From contig JBHHWX010000002.1 in NCBI GenBank assembly GCA_046756745.1, forward strand, positions 1 through 41,442: a stretch of DNA of 41,442 nt, in the 5' to 3' direction. The translations under genes and the position numbers were made by a program. Position 1 is the first letter of the stretch. Each line of letters begins with the position of its first letter. Below the pieces are notes generated by a model. The model saw only the letters and a program-made list of their open reading frames with translations, had not been told where the DNA came from and searched no databases. Source of the stretch: a bacterium (GTDB lineage: Bacteria > Zhuqueibacterota > Zhuqueibacteria > Oceanimicrobiales > Oceanimicrobiaceae). Below, one piece after another: positions 27,061 through 35,527 of this stretch.

Positions 27061-27220
27061 GTTGGGAATGAGCACACACATTCTTCATAATATACGGCCA
27101 TTTTTCCCTCTAAATTAAATTATTAAGGAAGATCGTTTTATTTTCAAAAGGAATTGAATGTTGAAATTCCAACCTTAAATAGACCTAACTTCAAACTCTT
27201 ATTAAAATTCGATTCGTGAA

Positions 27221-28366
27221 ATGGCTTCAATACTTGTGGTTGATGACGACAAATCCATTGCCTTCTTATTATCGGAAGTCTTGAAAAAGGACGGACATCA
27301 GGTCAAGGATGTGTTCGATGGCAAATTAGTTGCGGATGAGCTTAAAAATAACCAATATGACTTGGTTATTTCTGATTTACATATGCAGGAGGTAGGAGGA
27401 ATTGACGTCCTTAAAGTGGTGAAAGAAAGCGACGAAAGTACCGAAGTGCTCATCCTAACCGGTCACGGCTCAATCGCGACAGCCGTTGAAGCAATGAAAC
27501 TTGGGGCATTTGAATATCTTTCCAAGCCCGTGGATATGGAAGAATTTAGGCTCAAAGTTCAAAAAGCCTTGGAGCGACGATCATTACGGGAACAAATTGC
27601 CAAGCAGGAAAAGGAGCTGAAAGCAAATCAGGAAATGATAAAGAAGGACCTGCAGCTTGCCGGGCAAGTACAAAGAAGTTTGGTACCGCGGCCGATAAAC
27701 TTACCCAATATTGATGTCTTTGTTAACTATATGCCGATGATCGGAATCGGAGGAGATTTTGCCGACGCCTATTACGATGGTCACGAAAATGTCTATCTAA
27801 CATTGGTTGACGTGACTGGACATGGGATTACCGCAGCCTTGCTGGTGAACCGTATTTGCAGTGAAGTTCGTAAGTTAATCCGGGAAGAAAGGGCGCCAAG
27901 CTCAATCCTGTTTAATTTAAACAACTTTATTTTTGACGCTTTCGAGGGCATGGCGATGTTTCTGACGATGTTTTCCGGTGTTATCAACTTACGGAAGGGA
28001 TTGTTCACTTACTCCGGAAGTGCGCACCCGGCCATTATTTTGTGGAACAGCAGAGAAAATAAATTTGAAAAACTGGAATCGCAAAATGTCATTTTAGGCT
28101 ACGAAAAGTGTGAGGAAAAAAAATTCATTCAAGATGTGAGGGTCGTCGGTCATCAAGACCGTATTATTATGTATACTGATGGAATTATTGAAGCTGAAGA
28201 CACAAAGGGGAAACAGTTAGGAGTCGACGGCTTCATCCGTTTTTTTCGGTCCAGCATCTATTTACCGGTAAACGAAATTATCGATAACATTATCACTGGT
28301 ATCTCCCAATATAGCCCCAATCCATTAAAAGACGATGTGTATTTGATCGTCTCCGGCATGAAGTAG
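27221..28366 (+). CDS. Response-regulator receiver fused to a PP2C (SpoIIE-type) phosphatase
   Basis: Canonical receiver VVDDD, ISDL, LTGHG, SKP; PP2C motifs GGDF, DVTGHG, TDG, DD. Confidence 0.92.
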   Translation: MASILVVDDDKSIAFLLSEVLKKDGHQVKDVFDGKLVADELKNNQYDLVISDLHMQEVGGIDVLKVVKESDESTEVLILTGHGSIATAVEAMKLGAFEYLSKPVDMEEFRLKVQKALERRSLREQIAKQEKELKANQEMIKKDLQLAGQVQRSLVPRPINLPNIDVFVNYMPMIGIGGDFADAYYDGHENVYLTLVDVTGHGITAALLVNRICSEVRKLIREERAPSSILFNLNNFIFDAFEGMAMFLTMFSGVINLRKGLFTYSGSAHPAIILWNSRENKFEKLESQNVILGYEKCEEKKFIQDVRVVGHQDRIIMYTDGIIEAEDTKGKQLGVDGFIRFFRSSIYLPVNEIIDNIITGISQYSPNPLKDDVYLIVSGMK

Positions 28367-28375
28367 AGTCAAAGC

Positions 28376-28428
28376 CTTTTCGCAGGCAAGCTGCGAAAAG
28401 ATGGCTGACGCCGAAAGCTCAGCCAGAG
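28376..28428 (+). terminator. Double hairpin after the REC-PP2C gene, possible terminator
   Basis: CTTTTCGCAG-GCAAG-CTGCGAAAAG followed by TGGCTGA...TCAGCCA; no strong U tract on the + strand. Confidence 0.4.
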
Positions 28429-28461
28429 GTTAATTGTTAAAAAAAATTCCGAATATAGTAG

Positions 28462-28490
28462 TTGCTAGTTTAGCACGTTTTCTCTATACT
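28462..28490 (+). promoter_or_regulatory. Sigma70-type promoter for the site-2 protease gene
   Basis: TTGCTA-17 nt-TATACT. Confidence 0.55.
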
Positions 28491-28532
28491 GCTATAAGGA
28501 AATCTAATTCCAAATATCCGTTTAATAAATGA

Positions 28533-28957
28533 CTAACATTTCTCCATTTCTCACTTCGCCAGAATGACTTAAGTTACTATAAAACAAAGACGATGAGATG
28601 ATTTCATGATTTCATTCCCGAGTTCGCTTTTTTTATTTACGCCGAAGGCGTTAGACATCAAAGCCCAGGGTTCGTCGAAGACGTACCCTGGGTTGGAAAA
28701 AGAGCATGTCACACGAACCCTGAAAGGGTTCAACAAAAGCGGTCGAAATTAGAACGACATGCACACATACAATACCTACATCCGACGATAAAGAATCGTT
28801 TTTTGTGAAACCCCTTTGGGGTTTTGATTTTCAGTGTTTTCGTAAACCGAGGGTACGGCTATCGCCGAACCCTCGGCTGTGTTGTTTTAACCCCGATGGG
28901 ATGGGTCGGGGTAATAATCAATGCGAAACTTTCGCTCAATGAACTGAGAAATGTTAG
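28533..28957. mobile_element. 425-bp MITE-like element with 12-bp terminal inverted repeats, a 7-bp target-site duplication and an internal inverted pair of triple-hairpin repeats
   Basis: TAAATGA|CTAACATTTCTC ... GAGAAATGTTAG|TAAATGA; internal arms at about 28639-28738 and 28801-28902. Confidence 0.85.
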
Positions 28958-29003
28958 TAAATGAGTAAAGCAACAAGAATCATTTTCTACGACTGAGACG
29001 AAT

Positions 29004-29918
29004 ATGGAAGAGAAGATGTCTGAATTAACCGAACTTGCAAAACAGGACCCGTATTACCGATCCCAAAAGCGCTTCCGGATTTTCGATAAATTAAAATCCG
29101 GCAACCCGAAGTTAAATGTCATTTTATTTTTTTCGACCTACCTCACAACGTTTATGGCGATGTGGCTTCCATCGGGAAGTTGGCAGGACGGTTTATGGTA
29201 TAGCACAGGAATCATTTCCATTTTACTGGCTCATGAGATGGGTCACTATCTCATGTGTCAGAGACACGGAATCAAGGCGACTCTGCCTTTTTTTATTCCT
29301 TTTCCCCTGCCATTTTTGAATCCGTTTGGTACGATGGGCGCCGTGATAAAAATGGAATCCGGTATCCCCAGCAGAAAAGCTCTTTTTGATGTGGCGGTCG
29401 GCGGGCCGCTCGCCGGCCTGGTTGTCACGATCCCGTGTATCTATTATGGCGTTCAATTGTCAGATATTATAGAGGTTAGCTCGATTCAAGGTACCATTTT
29501 GGGAGAGTCCTTTCTTTATGCACAAATCTCAAATATGGCAATAGGGGATGTTGCCAGCGGTATGGATGTGATGCTGCATCCATTGGCTTTTGCAGGATGG
29601 GCAGGCCTGTTTGTCACGGCACTCAATTTACTGCCTATCGGTCAACTCGACGGAGGACATATTGTTTATGCTTTATTCGGGAAACAACATAAGTTGGTCG
29701 CCCGTACAGCACTGGTCGTTTTTGGCCTTATTTGCATCTTCATGTATCCCGGATGGATTTTACTCCTCCTGCTGATCATCTGGTTCGGTTACAGACATCC
29801 GCCAACCCTAGACGATACACCTATCGATAAGAAAAGATTCGTAATCGGTATCCTAACCTTGATTATTTTTGTTCTCTCGTTTACACCGGAGCCGTTTAAG
29901 TTTGTTGAACTTCAATAA
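29004..29918 (+). CDS. Site-2 protease family (peptidase M50) intramembrane metalloprotease
   Basis: HEMGH zinc motif, GGPLAG, LNLLPIGQLDGGH; multiple TM helices. Confidence 0.93.
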   Translation: MEEKMSELTELAKQDPYYRSQKRFRIFDKLKSGNPKLNVILFFSTYLTTFMAMWLPSGSWQDGLWYSTGIISILLAHEMGHYLMCQRHGIKATLPFFIPFPLPFLNPFGTMGAVIKMESGIPSRKALFDVAVGGPLAGLVVTIPCIYYGVQLSDIIEVSSIQGTILGESFLYAQISNMAIGDVASGMDVMLHPLAFAGWAGLFVTALNLLPIGQLDGGHIVYALFGKQHKLVARTALVVFGLICIFMYPGWILLLLLIIWFGYRHPPTLDDTPIDKKRFVIGILTLIIFVLSFTPEPFKFVELQ

Positions 29919-29942
29919 AAAAAATAAAAGGAGTCTTTGCAC

Positions 29943-30929
29943 ATGTCGTTTCAGTTACCTCAGTCTTTCGATTTGGCCAGACTGCCCACTCCCATCGAAA
30001 AATTGGAAAACACAACCCAGCTTTTCGAAGGGGCGGACATATATATCAAACGCGACGATTTTACCGGTTTAGCCACAACAGGGAATAAAATCAGAAAATT
30101 AGAATTCCTACTTTACGAAGCGGTAGAGCGGAATTGCGATTGTGTTATCACTTGTGGAGGCGTGCAGTCGAACCACGCGCGCGCTACAGCGGTCGCCGCC
30201 GCAAAGCTTGGACTTAAGCGCTATCTTATATTAAGAAACGGCATGGGGACAGCATTAGAAGGAAACTTATTTTTGGATCGCTTGGTGGGAGCTGAGATCG
30301 AATACATCTCGCATGAAGAATACTCCGAAGTCGATGAAATCATGCATACAAAGGCAAAAATGCTCAGTGACAGAGGAGAAACAGCTTACATCATTCCGGA
30401 AGGGGGGTCCAATGAGGTCGGATCCTGGGGGTATGTTAAAGCTGCCAAGGAGATCGACGAACAATTAAAAAACATGCAAATCAAAATTCATCATATTGTG
30501 ATCCCGGTTGGGTCGGGTGGCACGTACGCCGGCTTACTTATTGGAAAATATTTATACGATCTGCCTGCGCTGATTCATGGCATCAACGTGTGCGAAAATC
30601 AGACTTATTTTGTAAAAAAAATAGACATGCTCTTAAAGGCCATGAAACGACGTTATGACCTGCAACTTCCGATTCGCACCTCTGACATCCGTATCATCGA
30701 CGGATACGTCGGTAAAGGTTACGGGCTAAGCAGCCAGGTAGAGCTTGATCTGATCAAGCAGGTTGCACAGACCGAGGGAATCATCCTTGATCCGGTTTAT
30801 GCAAGCAAGGCATTTTTAGGAATGAAGGATCAGATCCGGAAGGGTAAGTTTAAAACCGGGGAAAATGTGTTGTTTATCCATACCGGAGGAATTTTTGGGC
30901 TTTTCCAGAAGAAGGAGTTATTTTTTTAA
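29943..30929 (+). CDS. D-cysteine desulfhydrase-family PLP enzyme
   Basis: PTPIE, KRDD, GNKIRKLE (PLP Lys), QSNHARA, GSGGT, LDPVY, HTGG; AAGGAG RBS before ATG 29943. Confidence 0.9.
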   Translation: MSFQLPQSFDLARLPTPIEKLENTTQLFEGADIYIKRDDFTGLATTGNKIRKLEFLLYEAVERNCDCVITCGGVQSNHARATAVAAAKLGLKRYLILRNGMGTALEGNLFLDRLVGAEIEYISHEEYSEVDEIMHTKAKMLSDRGETAYIIPEGGSNEVGSWGYVKAAKEIDEQLKNMQIKIHHIVIPVGSGGTYAGLLIGKYLYDLPALIHGINVCENQTYFVKKIDMLLKAMKRRYDLQLPIRTSDIRIIDGYVGKGYGLSSQVELDLIKQVAQTEGIILDPVYASKAFLGMKDQIRKGKFKTGENVLFIHTGGIFGLFQKKELFF

Positions 30930-30933
30930 CGAA

Positions 30934-31062
30934 TGTCTGAACGAAAACTCGAAGAATGCGCGATTTGAAAACCTCTTCGCGAAGGCGTCCCGCCGAGCAA
31001 AAGAAGGAATTCATCCTCGGCCAGGAGGCCTTCGGGAAGATATGGTCGTTTTCGTTCAGACA
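30934..31062. mobile_element. 129-bp MITE with perfect 15-bp terminal inverted repeats
   Basis: TGTCTGAACGAAAAC (30934-30948) and GTTTTCGTTCAGACA (31048-31062); internal GAAGGCGTCCCGCCGAG...CTCGGCCAGGAGGCCTTC hairpin; fills the gap between convergent stop codons. Confidence 0.88.
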
Positions 31063-31377
31063 CTAACTAACTGTCGTTTTTAGAGCGCCCCCCACCGCAT
31101 ATTCAATTTCCAGAACGTTCTTTTTTAAGCGATTCGTCATATCCTTCCGATCATCGATCATAATGCTTGTAGATAAACGGTCGGCGAAGTTCATGATTTC
31201 CTGGTGACATTTGCGGATAATCGCCATGATTTCATCCCAGTCGCCTTCGATGATCAATCCCATTGCTGTCAACTGGTAGTCGAGCTCGCTTTTATCGACG
31301 ATTGTCATGGCTTTGGCAAGCATTTCTTTGATTTCATCGCCCGTGCCAACCGGGACGAATTGAACATGTGCAAGCAT
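31063..31377 (-). CDS. MTH1187/YkoF-family thiamine-binding protein
   Basis: FVPVGTG, YQLTAMGLIIEGDWDE, IDDR; 104 aa. Confidence 0.88.
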   Translation of the reverse strand: MLAHVQFVPVGTGDEIKEMLAKAMTIVDKSELDYQLTAMGLIIEGDWDEIMAIIRKCHQEIMNFADRLSTSIMIDDRKDMTNRLKKNVLEIEYAVGGALKTTVS

Positions 31378-31427
31378 AGGACAAATCTTTTTAAGTTACT
31401 ATTATATTTTGGTTTAACGAATGGTTA

Positions 31428-31517
31428 AATATATGAAAATTCACACTAATGTCAAGTCAAAAAAGAGTCAAAATTTGCAAATTAAATGTTGACATTCCAT
31501 AAGTGAATTAATATATT
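31428..31517. promoter_or_regulatory. Back-to-back sigma70 promoters
   Basis: + strand TTGACA-17-TATATT (31489-31517); - strand TTGACA-16-TATATT (31455-31428). Confidence 0.6.
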
Positions 31518-31566
31518 TTCTTTTCACAAAAAGCCCTAATTTGCTGAGCCAACGGCCTCATCCATA

Positions 31567-32289
31567 TTGCTAAACAAAAAAAAATGCAGCGCTTATTGGA
31601 GCCTTACCCGAACCCCTGCGATTGGTGTTTTACTTACGTCCCCCTTGTGGATATTCTATGAATTTCTCGCGTTCCGATTGAATAACGGATGGGATGGTAA
31701 CTTTAGAACCGGAACGGACCTTCTTATCAAACAGACTCTTAAAGAAATAGGGCTTCATTTCGGTATTGTGTTATTTATAGTTGGTTTGTGTGTCGCCTGG
31801 CTGCTCAAGGACAACGGTAAAGAGGTCCGCACATGGCTACAAAATCCAATATTTATTGTGGGGAATGTCCTCGAAAGTTTACTGTACGGACTTTTATTGG
31901 GAGTCATTATCGGCGGCATAACCGGTTTTTTTTTATCGCAGCAGAGCTTGTCTGCAGAAACACGGGTGATAGAACTCGTCATGAACCTCGGAGCCGGTAT
32001 TTATGAGGAGTTCATTTTTCGCTTCATCCTGCTTTCCGGACTGGTGTCCTTTTTCAAAAAAACCATGCCTCGAAAATATATCATTGGCTACGGGGTCGCG
32101 GTTATCATCAGCTCACTCATTTTTGCGGCTTCGCATCATCTTCCGGTGTTTGTAGAACCCATGCTCTACGAAGCATTTTTATTCCGTTTTTTTGCCGGAA
32201 TTTGTTTTGCCGCGATTTTTATTTTTAGGGGTTATGGCGTCGCAGCCTACAGTCATTCGTTTTACAACCTGTTTTTAATGCTAAGGTGA
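31567..32289 (+). CDS. CPBP (CAAX/Abi) family intramembrane glutamic protease
   Basis: AGIYEEFIFR, SSLIFAASH, HSFYN; hydrophobic; start uncertain. Confidence 0.85.
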   Translation: MLNKKKCSAYWSLTRTPAIGVLLTSPLWIFYEFLAFRLNNGWDGNFRTGTDLLIKQTLKEIGLHFGIVLFIVGLCVAWLLKDNGKEVRTWLQNPIFIVGNVLESLLYGLLLGVIIGGITGFFLSQQSLSAETRVIELVMNLGAGIYEEFIFRFILLSGLVSFFKKTMPRKYIIGYGVAVIISSLIFAASHHLPVFVEPMLYEAFLFRFFAGICFAAIFIFRGYGVAAYSHSFYNLFLMLR

Positions 32290-33338
32290 AGAGACTCTCA
32301 ATGAAAAAAACGCTGTTCATTTTTTTGCTATTTTCGTTAACTTTGTTTCTGGTTGGACTGTGGTTTTTCCTTTCTCCCGTTGTCATCGGGGAGAACAAAG
32401 ATTCGCACACGCTCAAAATTAAACGGGGACTGTCGTTTGTGGCTATTCAAAATTTAATGCAAAAACAAGGCATCATCAAAAATAGTTACAAAATTGCGAT
32501 CGTTTCACGAATATTAGGATATCGAGACAGGATTAAAGCAGGAGAATATATCCTTTCTGGCGGGCTTTCAAGCTATGCTTTGCTAAAGAAATTAGTTGCA
32601 GGAAAAGTGACGCAGAAACTAGTGACGATTCCTGAGGGAAAAACCGCAAGACAAATTGCTTCTATTTTAGCAAAAAAAATTGAGATCGACTCCGCTCGTT
32701 TTGTTTCCTTAGTCACAAACTCTGTTTTGAGCAAGCAGCTCGGCATGACGACATCCTCCCTGGAAGGCTTCTTGTTTCCAAACTCCTATAACCTGCACTG
32801 GGGTATGACTGAGGAGAAGGTGATCAGAATCATGGTTGACGAATTTCAAAAACAAGTTGATGAGGAGGTACGTTACCGGGCCGAGCAATTCGGCTTCACC
32901 CTGGTGCAGGCGCTTACTTTGGCCTCGATCATTGAAGGCGAATCGGTCGTGGATTCAGAGCGGGAAATGATCTCTGCTGTTTATCATAATCGTTTAAAAA
33001 AGCGAATGTTGTTGCAAGCAGATCCAACCATTCAATATGTTATCCGAGATGGACCGCGCCGCCTGCTCAAATCCGATTTGAAAATCGACTCCCCGTATAA
33101 TACCTATCTCCATCCCGGCTTGCCCCCTGGACCCATTAATAATCCCGGGCTTGCGTCTATTAAGGCCAGTGTGAACCCTGCTGGCGGAGACAATCTTTAT
33201 TTTGTTGCGAACGGAGACGGGTCGCATACGTTCAGTCGTACTTTGCGCGAACATTTAAGAGCAAAAGCTAAGTTTGATCGATACCGCAAGCAAGTAAAAC
33301 AACAAAGGCAAAAAGGGGACAAAAATGGGACAGAGTGA
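32286..33338 (+). CDS. mltG: Endolytic transglycosylase MltG
   Basis: N-terminal TM, VTIPEG, LEGFLFP, LASIIEGE, NRL...LQADPT, SPYNTY...GLPPGPINNPG, LYFVA; start 32286 or 32301. Confidence 0.95.
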   Translation: MKRLSMKKTLFIFLLFSLTLFLVGLWFFLSPVVIGENKDSHTLKIKRGLSFVAIQNLMQKQGIIKNSYKIAIVSRILGYRDRIKAGEYILSGGLSSYALLKKLVAGKVTQKLVTIPEGKTARQIASILAKKIEIDSARFVSLVTNSVLSKQLGMTTSSLEGFLFPNSYNLHWGMTEEKVIRIMVDEFQKQVDEEVRYRAEQFGFTLVQALTLASIIEGESVVDSEREMISAVYHNRLKKRMLLQADPTIQYVIRDGPRRLLKSDLKIDSPYNTYLHPGLPPGPINNPGLASIKASVNPAGGDNLYFVANGDGSHTFSRTLREHLRAKAKFDRYRKQVKQQRQKGDKNGTE

Positions 33339-35520
33339 ATGGCACCACAACCTTGATTTTTTCGACTCTCTCAATCCTGTACAACGCAAGGCGGTTGAAA
33401 CAACAGAGGGACCGGTGCTCATCGTTGCCGGGGCTGGAAGCGGAAAAACCCGAGTTTTGACCTATCGTGTTGCACACTTGATTCAGAATCTACGCGTTCC
33501 TGCCAAGAAAATATTAGCAGTCACTTTTACCAATAAGGCAGCGCAGGAAATGCGTGAACGAATCGTCAAGCTCACGGGTGGACTCGGAAAGCAGGCCTGG
33601 CTTGGAACATTTCATGCCATGGGCGCCCGGCTTTTACGGGTTGACGGTCATCATTTAGGTTACAGTCGTAATTTTTCAATTTATGATCGTGAAGATCAGA
33701 TCCGGTTCGTCAGAAGCCTCATGAAGCAGTTAAACATCTCAACAGATCAATTCTCTCCCGAACAAGTCGTACGCCACATTAGCAAAGCCAAAAGCTCCTT
33801 TATGAATCCCGATGAATATAAGTCAAGTGCTCGAGAATCTCTCGAGCAAACCGTCGCTTACATTTACGGTCACTACCAGAAGGGACTTGTTGATAATAAC
33901 ACCATGGATTTTGACGATCTACTGGTTAACCCGATCTATATGTTCGAAAAAGCTCCCGATGTTTTGAAAAAATATCAGGAGAAATTTGCTTATATTTTGG
34001 TTGATGAGTTTCAAGATACCAACCGGGCCCAATATATTTTTCTTAAACGCTTAGCCTCAAAAAGCCGCAACCTATGTGTTGTTGGAGATGACGATCAATC
34101 GATCTATCGCTGGCGCGGAGCGGATATTCAAAACATTTTGAATATTGAAAAAGATTTTCCTGAGTGCCAAATATTCAATTTAGTGCAGAATTATCGTTCG
34201 ACGCAGCACATTTTAGATGCGGCCAATTCCGTTGTGGAGCATAATTTAAGTCGCCGGAAAAAAACGCTTTGGACTGAGAAGAACAAAGGGGAAAAGGTCA
34301 CGATTTTTGAAGTAGACGATGCCGCTCAAGAAACTTCAATGATTTTGCAGAGAATTAAAGAGGGCATGTCTAACGGCGCTCAGAATTTTTCCGAATTTGC
34401 CATACTTTATCGTACAAATTCTCAATCAAGAGCGCTCGAGGATGCTTTTCGTTTAGAGAATATACCTTATAAAATCATCGGCGGAATTCGATTTTATGAA
34501 CGCAAAGAAATAAAAGACGTTTTAGCTTATTTGCAACTGATTTGCAATCCTAAAGATTCCATCAGTTTTAAGAGGGTGATTAATTTTCCACTGCGAGGAA
34601 TTGGTGAAACATCCGTCGCCAAAATCGAGCACTTTGCACATGAACACTCTATCTCGTTATTCGAGGCCGCGCGTAGAGTCGAAGAAATTGCTTCAATTGC
34701 CACGCGAACGTGTAAAAATATTATTGAATTCGGCACACTTATCGAGAAATATGCTTCACTCAAAGAAGAATTCTCAGCAGGAGAATTAACCCGGGCGCTG
34801 ATCGATGAGATTGGCATGTTACGCTCATTCAAAGATATAGGAACGGAAGAAGCTTTGATGCGGGCGGAGAACGTCAAAGAACTGCTTTCGGCTATCAAAA
34901 TAACAACCTCTGACGGGAAGAGGTTAGAAGATTTTCTAGAGGAAGTTTCATTGATTACAGATATCGATTCTTGGGACCAGGCCTCGAATGCCGTGACCTT
35001 GATGACGCTTCACAGCGCCAAGGGTTTAGAATTTCCAACCGTCTTCATTGCCGGATTGGAAGAAGGGTTGTTTCCATTATCGAGAACCTACAATGATAAC
35101 GATGAGTTGGAAGAAGAAAGACGTTTGTTTTATGTTGGGGCCACTCGGGCGCAGGAAAAGCTGTATTTATCCTGGGCCTCGCAAAGAATGCGGTATGGCG
35201 AAAATTTTGAAAATTTACCTTCAAGATTTCTTAATGAAATTGGCAAAGAGTTTGTCGAACGAAAAAATCTCAAGAGGAACTATACAAAGCCTGCTCGGTA
35301 TAATCGACCTGACTATAACTATAACACAAGACGTTCTGACGAAGATTATTCACAAGAAGTGCTTACTGTTGGAACGGAGGTTTCTCATACAACTTTTGGA
35401 GTAGGGAGGGTGACAGCGATTGCGGGAAGAGGTGAAAACACAAAAGTGACCATAAAATTCTATGAACTCGGAGAAAAGAAATTAGTTGTAAAATATGCGA
35501 ATCTTAAGATTATCGGATAA
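33325..35520 (+). CDS. pcrA: PcrA/UvrD-family ATP-dependent DNA helicase
   Basis: AGAGSGKT, TFTNKAA, VDEFQDTN, GDDDQSIY, NYRST, TLHSAKGLEF, EERRLFYV and a C-terminal Tudor-like domain. Confidence 0.95.
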   Translation: MGQSEWHHNLDFFDSLNPVQRKAVETTEGPVLIVAGAGSGKTRVLTYRVAHLIQNLRVPAKKILAVTFTNKAAQEMRERIVKLTGGLGKQAWLGTFHAMGARLLRVDGHHLGYSRNFSIYDREDQIRFVRSLMKQLNISTDQFSPEQVVRHISKAKSSFMNPDEYKSSARESLEQTVAYIYGHYQKGLVDNNTMDFDDLLVNPIYMFEKAPDVLKKYQEKFAYILVDEFQDTNRAQYIFLKRLASKSRNLCVVGDDDQSIYRWRGADIQNILNIEKDFPECQIFNLVQNYRSTQHILDAANSVVEHNLSRRKKTLWTEKNKGEKVTIFEVDDAAQETSMILQRIKEGMSNGAQNFSEFAILYRTNSQSRALEDAFRLENIPYKIIGGIRFYERKEIKDVLAYLQLICNPKDSISFKRVINFPLRGIGETSVAKIEHFAHEHSISLFEAARRVEEIASIATRTCKNIIEFGTLIEKYASLKEEFSAGELTRALIDEIGMLRSFKDIGTEEALMRAENVKELLSAIKITTSDGKRLEDFLEEVSLITDIDSWDQASNAVTLMTLHSAKGLEFPTVFIAGLEEGLFPLSRTYNDNDELEEERRLFYVGATRAQEKLYLSWASQRMRYGENFENLPSRFLNEIGKEFVERKNLKRNYTKPARYNRPDYNYNTRRSDEDYSQEVLTVGTEVSHTTFGVGRVTAIAGRGENTKVTIKFYELGEKKLVVKYANLKIIG

Positions 35521-35527
35521 TCACTTC

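Noticed and set aside
28367-28435. c-di-GMP or other riboswitch in the double hairpin
   Set aside because: Lacks the conserved GEMM sequence features and lies upstream of the predicted promoter, directly after a stop codon.
28470-28497. CIRCE (HrcA) operator suggested by TTAGCAC
   Set aside because: The second half-site does not match GAGTGCTAA at 9-nt spacing; better explained as a promoter spacer.
29943-30929. ACC deaminase (acdS)
   Set aside because: Has DPVYASK and HTGG rather than the DPVYEGK and HLGG residues diagnostic of true ACC deaminases.
7877-31000. Identical 36-nt repeat starting TTGAAAAC as a CRISPR repeat
   Set aside because: Only two exact copies, 23 kb apart, each inside a TIR/hairpin element; no repeat-spacer array and no cas genes.
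30865-31083. Short ORFs 30865-31083 and 7917-8102
   Set aside because: Largely translations of the repeat elements or antisense to real genes; no RBS or protein-like features.
33325-35520. UvrD helicase as part of an anti-phage system such as Gabija
   Set aside because: Full-length housekeeping PcrA-type protein with a C-terminal Tudor-like domain and no adjacent nuclease or ATPase.
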